Source: Eledone cirrhosa
Lineage: Eukaryota
Length of the DNA: 64,000 nucleotides
Assembly (NCBI GenBank): GCA_964016885.1
Contig: OZ024746.1
Location: 27,652,001 to 27,716,000, forward strand
Reading direction: 5' to 3'
Made by a program: the position numbers and the translations under genes. The notes under the pieces were generated by a model. It searched no databases, was not told where the DNA came from, and saw only the letters and a list, made by a program, of their open reading frames with translations. Shown here one piece after another: positions 53,851 through 64,000 of this stretch. Position 1 is the first letter of the stretch. Each line of letters begins with the position of its first letter.

Positions 53851-54861
53851 ACATCTATAGAGGTGCGCTGCATCTAGAATCGAATCACTCATTTCTTTCT
53901 AGAAGAGCTCAGCTAGCAATATATATTATATGTATAAAGATACAATAATCTGAAATAGATGAGTGGCTGCTGCATGTTAGACTTTGAATCACATATTCAG
54001 TTATAGAATCTGACATGTTCTCATTTTTGATGTGGGGATTTGTGTTCCTGTTGTTCAATCAACTGAACAGTCACCATGGGAAGTTAAGATGTTAGTGGCC
54101 GAGCATTCCTCTGACGTGAGTAACTTTAATGTAATTTTCAGCGAGCATCAGCGTGACAAAATAATAGACAAAGTGTGACAAAATAAGTCAACAATTTTTA
54201 GTCTGCCCTATTTCACTCACAGGGCTTAGCTCTCTCAGATTCGTATTAAAATCACTACGTTGTGGAATCGAACTAGGGACAATGTGATTGCCAATCGATC
54301 TTTTTAACAATTTGTCCTGGCTATGTTTGGTACATAAGTTTAGAATCCCTTCGATCGATCTACTAACTATCAACATCGTACCATCAGTACTACCAGCACA
54401 TTACAAACCAAGTTCAATATCTACTACCTCCCTACACCTTACCACATGTACTATCGTCATTTCCACGCCCAATATATATACCTAACCTCTTATCTTCAAC
54501 GATAAATGATGCTACGTTAACATTCTACATACATGCTGTCTGTTAATATACCTTTTTCATATGACCCATATTTTAATGTTTAACAAACTAAAAGCTTTTT
54601 GCATTTTTATCATGACATATTATAATTCAGGAATTACGAGACAGGGGAAATGAAAGATGGTGGAAAATAAGCAATATGAGAAAACAGGAAATATACTCTT
54701 TCCATGTCTAGTAACTTGTTACACACTGCTAAGTCTTCCTATCATCCATGTTTGTTGCGATCTACTTCATCATTTCCTTAGACATTAAATATGTTAATGT
54801 ATCGTTGGAAGTTTAATAGAATTATTTTCCTTTCTTTCTTTCCCCGTTCTTCTCCCCCTTT

Positions 54862-54945
<84 letters not shown>

Positions 54946-55004
54946 TATATGTATATGTATATAAATATATATGTATATATATATATGTACATATATATAT
55001 GTAC

Positions 55005-55054
<50 letters not shown>

Positions 55055-55088
55055 GTATATATATATGTATATATAAATATATATATGT

Positions 55089-55153
<65 letters not shown>

Positions 55154-55177
55154 AATGTATATATATGTAAATGTGTG

Positions 55178-55212
<35 letters not shown>

Positions 55213-55447
55213 AGGTGTATGTGTGTGTAAATAAATTACGTTTCGCTAACGATAAAGTGACATAAATATATAAATAGTCTATATATTTTATACTATATGT
55301 TTAACACAACAGATGCACCGTTGTACAAATTCACAGAGTTATTACTTATATAGAAGAATTTAAAAGTACTCTCTCTCTCTCTCACACACACGTGCACACA
55401 CACGTGCACAGACAAATGCGCACACACATATACATATATATATAAAT

Positions 55448-55478
<31 letters not shown>

Positions 55479-55479
55479 A

Positions 55480-55556
<77 letters not shown>

Positions 55557-55583
55557 ATATACATATATATTAATACATAAAAA

Positions 55584-55762
<179 letters not shown>

Positions 55763-56177
55763 GCTATTTAGGTAACTATATATTCATCATTGTCAGAAGT
55801 TATTGATTTATATAAATGTTTTTAGGCTTCTTAGAGATTTTTATGATTGGCTATTATAACAATTATATTGGTTATTGGAACTATATCTGGTATTCTCAGG
55901 CCTACATTGGACTATATTAATAACAATATATTCGTTGAAGCAAGAGTTATTTCATATATACATATATACATCGACTGACCTTTTTCACTTGATGTCAAAG
56001 TATTACTTGCAAGAATCCGTTTGTCTTGAATACTTTCGCTATGAAATTACCTATCAGAAGAAAATAATAATTGTCGATTTCTTCGTTTCAATCGTAGTTG
56101 TTCTATAATTAGCTTCCTGAGATGAAACCGAAGTTGATTCATCTTTTATATGCATATATATACATGCACACAAACAT

Positions 56178-56231
<54 letters not shown>

Positions 56232-56817
56232 ATACATACATATAAACATACATGCACATATATATAAGAATATATATATACAGACACACACGAACACACA
56301 CACATATATATATATATATCGTTTTTTGTTGTTGTTCAAATAACTATATTGTTCAGCGTGTTGTTAACTAGTGTAAGACATCTGGTGTGATTAAAGGAGA
56401 CATTCACTGCTGTTTGCGGAAGATAATTTTACGGTAGTTAGTGTAAGATGAAATATAAGTTACTGAGGGTGTGTGGGTTAGCCGGTTAGAAGAAGAATAG
56501 ACAATATTTCAGCTACGTCTGTAGATATACTTATATTAACTGTATTCTACTTACTAAATCTCTCGTACTCTGTCGAACTTTAGTTTATATCTGACATTGT
56601 TTCTGTTAAAACCTGATATTTTTTAAACCTAAAGTTGTTATTCACAAAACCTATCGATCACCTAGTTGCTGTAGGTTTTCGTCCTTGTCAGGCATCTGCA
56701 TCGGTATCTGTCACGTTTTTCTGTACCTGATTGGTGAATGACCTTGCACCGCGAAGCCTTAACAGCCAGGGGATCATGGAAACGACCCACTCCACCACGG
56801 CAAGGTGTCAGATGTAA

Positions 56818-57027
56818 GGATAATAAAGATAAAATAACAGAAATGACATTTTAACGGAATTGTGCAGTGTTAAGCGTTTTTCTTTTATTTACCAAATGTA
56901 GTCAGCTAATGTTCCTCGGTTCGATTTTATTTCCCAATATATTTTAGACTATATATTGCTTTCTCACTCTTCTTCACTCTTTCGCTCAATTTATTTATAA
57001 ACACGCCCACATATGTGCATACATACA

Positions 57028-57075
<48 letters not shown>

Positions 57076-57104
57076 TTGTGTGTGTATGCATATATATATG
57101 TAAA

Positions 57105-57146
<42 letters not shown>

Positions 57147-57175
57147 TTGTGTGTGTATGCATATATATATGTAAA

Positions 57176-57217
<42 letters not shown>

Positions 57218-57246
57218 TTTACATATATATATGCATACACACACAA

Positions 57247-57329
<83 letters not shown>

Positions 57330-57479
57330 ATAATAATAAAATTGAAGACTAAAATCCAAAGAGGGCTCGATAAGGAAAATATATATCAAATATATAAGAA
57401 CCGTAGAGCAAATATATATTTATATATATATAGTCTTTGTGTGTGTATGCATATATATATACTTTAATCTGTTATTTTA

Positions 57480-57536
<57 letters not shown>

Positions 57537-57787
57537 TGTATGTATGCACATATGTGGGCGTGTTTATAAATAAATTGAGCGAAAGAGTGAAGAAGAGCGA
57601 GAAAGCAATATTTAGTCTAAAATATATTGGGAAATAAAATCGAACCGAGGAACATTAGCTGACTACATTTGGTAAATAAAAGAAAAACGTTTAACACTGC
57701 AGAATTCCGTTAAAATGTCATTTCTGTTATTTTATCTATATTATCCTGATATATCGTTATTAAATGTCTTCTCACCATGTATTTCTG

Positions 57788-57837
<50 letters not shown>

Positions 57838-58032
57838 CAGAAATACATGGTGAGAAGACATTTAATAACAATATATATATATTAGAGAGAGAGAGAGACG
57901 TGTATATCCCCACTCTCCTGAGCGTGAATTTAATAAACATTTATTGTACTGCCTCTCTGTTCTGTCCCTGTTCAATTTTTCATTATATATATATATATAT
58001 ATATATATTTATTAAAATAACAGATTAAAGTT
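56818..58032. repeat. Nested inverted-duplication complex around (TA)n tracts
   Basis: Outer arms ~56818-57031/57532-57747; inner inversion 57141-57251; further pairs 57461-57485/58005-58030 and 57757-57790/57834-57868. Confidence 0.88.
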
Positions 58033-58077
58033 TAAGCACATATATATATATACATACATATGTATAATATACATATG

Positions 58078-58152
<75 letters not shown>

Positions 58153-58544
58153 ATGTATGTGTGTGTATGTATGTGTGGGTGTGTGGGGGGGGGGTTTATT
58201 AAGTACCCAAATGTCATTGACTGTGTAACACTTTCTGTCATTGTTTGATTTTGTATATGTTAAATTGCTAAAGCAAATTTATATAAGGACAAAACAATGA
58301 ACATTAGAGTTGTCAAGTTATTTAAGAGAAATGAAAATTATGACAGAGAGCAATAAATGCAAACAATAACTTTAATATCAAGGAGAGGTGTGCTTTTCAG
58401 AAAACAATGACGACAATTTTTAGGAAAAGAATGGAATAGTGGAGCTAACAGATAATTAATAGAACAAAACGATGCAATGAAGTCATCAGGTTTTATCAGC
58501 TTGTACAGCATTAATAAAATCTCACTACCTGCATAGTTGACATC

Positions 58545-58610
<66 letters not shown>

Positions 58611-58632
58611 ATATATATATATATATGTATGC

Positions 58633-58682
<50 letters not shown>

Positions 58683-58778
58683 GCATATGTATATTATACA
58701 TATGTATATATATGTATATATATATATGTATACATATATATATGTATATATATATATATTATACAATACATTATATAT

Positions 58779-58849
<71 letters not shown>

Positions 58850-59440
58850 ACATTTTCATAAATATCAAATAGTGAATGTTTAATGCTGCACTTGATACTT
58901 CATAATAAACAAGAAATACAGATGAATATATCATTATCTTAAATATAATATTAACGGCTGCAACAATAAAGATATTGCTAGTTAAGTTCTATTTTTTTTA
59001 TACAATAGCAATATACAGTGTACCAAATGATGCTATTCAATTATCCTGATATGATTATAAAATTATGGAAAAATTGTTAGAAACTCAATAGAATACATTA
59101 AAATAATATGAACATTGAAATTACACAGGTAGGCCGTCATTAACGGGAATAAATGACGAAGCATTCATCAATTTAAATTAATCAAATGAACTCAGCTGCA
59201 TTTAACAGTTTTGTCAGCAAAATAATTTATGTTGAAAATGTCATTTGAGTTTTACTGCTGCATAGAAATATATATAAATCTATTGTGCTTCAGTGAAATC
59301 GTATAAATGAAAATGTAAATTAATGCACACACACACACACACAAACGCGTGCACACACACAAACTCATACACACACACTCACACACACACATACACACAC
59401 ACACACACACGCGCGCACGCAGACACAAACAAACACACAA

Positions 59441-59758
59441 ACATGGCTTAGTGGTTAGAGCATTAGGCTTGCAATTGAAAGGTTATAACTTCGATTCTCG
59501 GACCGGGTGATGCGTTGTGTCGTTGCGCAAGACACTTTATTTCACGTTGCTCCAGTTTACTCAACTGTAGAAATGAGTTGCAATGTCAGTGGTGCCAAGC
59601 TGTATCGGTCATAGCCTTTCCTTTGGGCATCATCGGTGGCGTGAAGAGAAGGAGACTGGTATGCATGGGCTTCCTGAAACAGCCTTTCCCGGACTTGTGC
59701 CCCGGAGGGAATCTTTCTCGGTGCAAATCACATGGTCATTCGTGACCGAAGGGGGTCT

Positions 59759-59761
<3 letters not shown>
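59441..59761 (+). mobile_element. Group 2 CORE-type SINE with alternative tail
   Basis: ATGGCTTAGTGGTTAGAG, TTCGATTCTCGGACC, GCAAGACACTTTATTTCACGTTGCTCC. Confidence 0.8.
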
Positions 59762-59807
<46 letters not shown>

Positions 59808-59812
<5 letters not shown>

Positions 59813-60579
59813 AAACACAAAACGTGTTTGCATTGTAACAGGCCAAAACGTGTTTGCATTGTAACAGGCCAAAGTAGCCGTCCCGCACAGCCGTTTGTGC
59901 GGGATTAATGAACAGCTCTACAGATAAGCAGCAATATACTATATTATAATTTGAGATTAAACTCTCAGTCGTTTACAATAAATCAGCTCCAAGAAAGGGG
60001 CCTTTCCGAGCAGTTAAATATATATGATAAACGTGTTTGCATTGTAACATACAAAGTTAGCTATCAATGCACAAACGACTGTTATTTCTAGCACCGGGAA
60101 TGCGGGACGGCTACTTTGGCCTGGCTAGACACACGTGTAGTCAGACCTGCAACATTTTTTGATGGTGAGATATACTAATTTTACTGGGTTCCTGTTGATA
60201 AGCACAGAAGATTTGGTTATTTCACTTTTTATTTCAATTCCATTTCGATTCTCTTTATTTTTCAATTCACGTACCATCGTTGCGAAACATATTTAGGTTT
60301 CGAAATTCAAATTCATCTACGGAGCGGGTTTGGATTTTGAAATTTAGATTTGTCCAGGAATCACGGCCTTTGCCAATATAAGCTTGTCTTTATTGACTTA
60401 TATCGAGACAGACAAATTGTATTCACTTTAATTAGTTTATTTCATTGATAGCTAACTTTGTCTGTTACAATGCAAACACGTTTTGTGTTTATTATATATA
60501 TTTAACTGCTCGGAAAGGCCCCTTTCTTGGAGCTGATTTATTGTAAACGACTGAGAGTTTAATCTCAAATTATAATATA

Positions 60580-60585
<6 letters not shown>
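59808..60585. mobile_element. TA-flanked element with ~135-bp inverted repeats and reshuffled terminal pieces; Penelope-like candidate (family J)
   Basis: 59933-60069 inverted versus 60443-60585; 59863-59886 inverted versus 60101-60123; related fragment at ~40280-40380. Confidence 0.7.
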
Positions 60586-60629
<44 letters not shown>

Positions 60630-61264
60630 ATGTGTGTTCGAGTGTGTATATATATATTTATGGGGTATATATATATATATATACGTATATATATATAAGT
60701 ATAAATATGGTAGGGGGGAAAACAGGAAAGTCAAAATAGGAAGATGTGGAAAGAAGGAGAAATTTATTGTGTGATCAACCTTTTAACATATGTTTATATA
60801 CAATTACATAACTGTCTACATGCGCTGATCGCATTATACAATGCTCATTCGTATGCATTACGTGTCTATGATTGCACTTCATCAGAAGGACAAACAAAAA
60901 TTGGCTATACTTGCAGGATTTAAAATCAGAGCACAGTGTAGTGGTGACTAATCTCTCAGGAAGAAGAAGAAGAAGAAGAAGAAGAAGAAGAAGAAGAAGA
61001 AGAAGAAGAAGAAGAAGAAGAAGCGTAGGGAGCGTGAACCAATACCACCAAACAGCCTCTCCGCCGTTCCACTGATTCTGTCATTTTCCATCGCCACCCC
61101 TCGAAATTAAATAATGTGACTATTATTTAATATTGATAGTTTGAATAATTCATAATTTTATTAAAGTGTTGATGATGGCTTTTTAAATATGTTTATCTAA
61201 CTATGTTTAATTTTTACAAACTTCAGAAGATTGCTTGCATTGCAAGGAATTTTGCATCACAACG

Positions 61265-61520
61265 CTCTATCAGGTTTGTTTGATAACCCTCGAGACAACA
61301 GAATTTTAGGCAGAAGGCCAATGTGAAAATTCTTGTAGAATTTGATTTGTACAAATGTATACATGTTTATGTGTTTCTTGTGAACGTGTTGTTTATATTT
61401 CACGTACATGAACATTTGGCTCTCTCGGATTTATTTGATAACCCTGGAGACAATAGATAGTTAGGCAGACCGCCAAGATCAAATTATTGTAGAATTTTCT
61501 TTATTCACGTGTATACATGA
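61265..61520. repeat. Diverged ~157-bp tandem duplication
   Basis: TTTGATAACCCT(C/G)GAGACAA..TTAGGCAGA..TTGTAGAATTT..TGTATACATG occurs twice. Confidence 0.75.
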
Positions 61521-62199
61521 CTGAAAACTTTGATTCTATGCAGAAAACCGAATGTTCAAAGTTGTATCTTCCTTTTTACGTGAAAAACTCTTTGTTTTTG
61601 TTTTTGCAAATGTTCAACCTTATTAAAATGATGCCCCACCTATAAACATAATGGTTTCTAATTCAAGCAAATGCATGACAATTTAAAGGGGGGAGATAGG
61701 CTTGAGTGGTACTTTATTTTCTCAAGCTCTGGAGCAAGTGAAGGAATGTGAACCACAGTCGTATTTGAAATCAGATTTCTTTTTAGATTTCTTTTCGACG
61801 CTCTGACGAATATGCCAAGCCATGCTCTTCCCCCAATAAAAGAAAAACTGTTTAGATGGCAACTATCAAGAATCTGATCTATGTTTAATAGCTTATATCT
61901 AAGAAAACAATTTTTGTGGGGGATACGACATTATTTGTACTTAGTATTTCCCTGCGTGTACAATAATTTTTAGCTTCTATTGAAGATTCATATCAACAAT
62001 GATTCCATGATATATAAATAATGAACATGATTCTATTGTTAATATAAGATTCAGGCCGTGGGATGAAGGCTGAAGAAATGCACTTCAGATGAGATTGTAT
62101 TTAGTTTGGACTGGAACGAGGTGTCTTTTTCAGTTGGTCACTAGATACGTTTTAAAATGTCTTGGTTATTAATGTTAATATTTGTAGATAATGCATAAA

Positions 62200-63000
62200 T
62201 AGAATACAATAAAAACAATTGTTCAGAGGTTTATAACTCGGCATAAAGGCATAATCGAGTACTGGCATTAAGTAAGGGCTTGAAACACATGTATCCATTA
62301 CCTTTACCCCGTTGTCGAGAGAGCTGCTATATGATCATAACTTAAAACAATCACAGTGACTACATCTATGTTTGTTTCCCATAAAGATGTTGTATATATG
62401 TGCATGTACCCATTTATTGTAGATATGTCGTTCATAAATAGAGTAAATATAAAGGTTTGTAAAATGTCTCCTTGGGGAACACCATTGACAGTTAGGATGA
62501 CATGAAATTTTGCCATTGTTGTAAGCAAATAAATATGGATTAGGTTTTTTAAAATTCTCTGGTATGACCTGTGCAAACCCCCTACCGGCTTCTGAAAAGT
62601 AGGCCATTTTTTGTTTGGATTAAATAGAGCGAAAGATTGCTTTTTCAGACATTTCAGACATATTAGGAAGTTGAGAAAGTGGTCGATAGATCGAAAAGGA
62701 ATTTTTGTTATCTATGTTGGGAAAGATTAATAATGCTAGCAATGTTTAATAGGTCAGTAGAAGGCGACACATTGTCTAAATATGGCCGATATCAATTTGT
62801 AGAGGAATTGAGATCGTTTGTGAAAGTATGTCGAGCTATACGAGATAAATATTCATTACAATGTTCTAAGATTTGCTCCTGATTTTCAATCTCTCGACCA
62901 TTGTATGTATAGAATAATCAGGTGATTCTCTTATTCAGTGTCGATTCGTTTACTATTTATAGTTTGGTTGATAGTACGCCTCGCTTATTTGTATAATTTT
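62200..63000 (-). mobile_element. Highly decayed CR1/L2-group LINE reverse transcriptase fragment
   Basis: NGVPQGDILQTFIFTLFMNDI (cf. GVPQGSILGPLLFxIxINDI) in ORF 62304-62576; upstream FLFDLSTTFS (cf. FxDLSKAFD). Confidence 0.65.
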
Positions 63001-64000
63001 TTTTTATATTTAGAAAATAATCTAGATTAATGGCTCGGTTCGTCATTTCGTATACACTTAATAATGAGTCGATTGTACGTTTGATTATATGTTTTTAAAC
63101 TTTTACTCCTCTGACTCCCTAGAAACTCAATTAAGATCTATTCTATATACAGGCATTCACTTATATTTCTAATCAAACTAACATTCTATGCATCATTCAG
63201 TGTTCTTTTGTTCATATTTCTATGCATGATGGGTATAATGAGATTATTAGCTTACTGTCAAAAAATATGAATAAAATAGTTACCATAGTGATATTAAAGC
63301 TTGTGGCAACAGTCATACAATAACAATTTATGTATATTTATTTAGTTGCCTTCAATGTACAAAATCCTGCCAGTTTACAAGTATACCATTCTTCTGTTTC
63401 TTGTTATCATTAAACGAATTATGACCCAGCCTGTATATTAAACTTATCAGTGTTTCACTGTGTTGTTAATCAATTGTTTCATCTCTTTCATAGTTGAAAG
63501 TCGCTATGCAGTATCAAATATTATCACTATTTATTTGTTGCCACAGATCTTTTTTTCTGCTGACGCATCTAATTTTGTCCGAATAGTCTCAAACCGGTTC
63601 ACCTTCAATTTATTGTGAACTGGTTTTGTTAACACACACACGCACGTACATCCACACACGCACACAAACATACACAATCGAATTCAAACAAGAGTAATGA
63701 TCAGAGAAACGTTTGAACTAAATTCACAAAGCTATGCTCATATTGATAGAAGACGTTTTGCAAAATACGTAGTAAATTAAGCTGGCATTTTCATCAAAGA
63801 ATCTTGTTGGCAACATGATTACGGGACCTAAATTATTGCCCATTAGTTTCGCAAAGCAGTTATAATACTTAGAACTTCTCTGCTAACAATCCAAACCAAA
63901 TCAATGTTAAAATCACCAGTGATGTCTAAATTTGCAAACTTATGAAAGATTTCATTCATATCATTTGGGACACGTTACAAATTACTAAAGATATACTTGT

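Overview
This is AT-rich eukaryotic non-genic or intronic DNA, most likely from a coleoid cephalopod such as Octopus. That assignment is an inference from the extreme (TA)n/(CA)n/(TATG)n microsatellite load and the SINE types. No intact host gene can be supported, and nearly all listed ORFs are microsatellite artefacts. Recognisable elements are: decayed LINEs (RTE with C-terminal C2H2 fingers, R4/Dong-type with REL endonuclease, CR1/L2-type RT pieces), an internally deleted ~570-bp RTE derivative and its 3' fragments, a hATm-like DNA transposon remnant plus a related MITE, two groups of tRNA-headed SINEs, and several minisatellites. The most striking signal is a dozen or more short fold-back (palindromic) insertions from several unrelated sequence families, mostly flanked by (TA)n. 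Many carry complete or partial type I hammerhead ribozyme cores (CUGANGA...GAAA...UH with a palindromic helix III), read outward from the symmetry axis, and several have AATAAA just downstream. The fold-back axes often sit on ribozyme helices. This points to non-autonomous Penelope-like (pLTR/retrozyme-type) elements whose cDNA self-primes on ribozyme hairpins.
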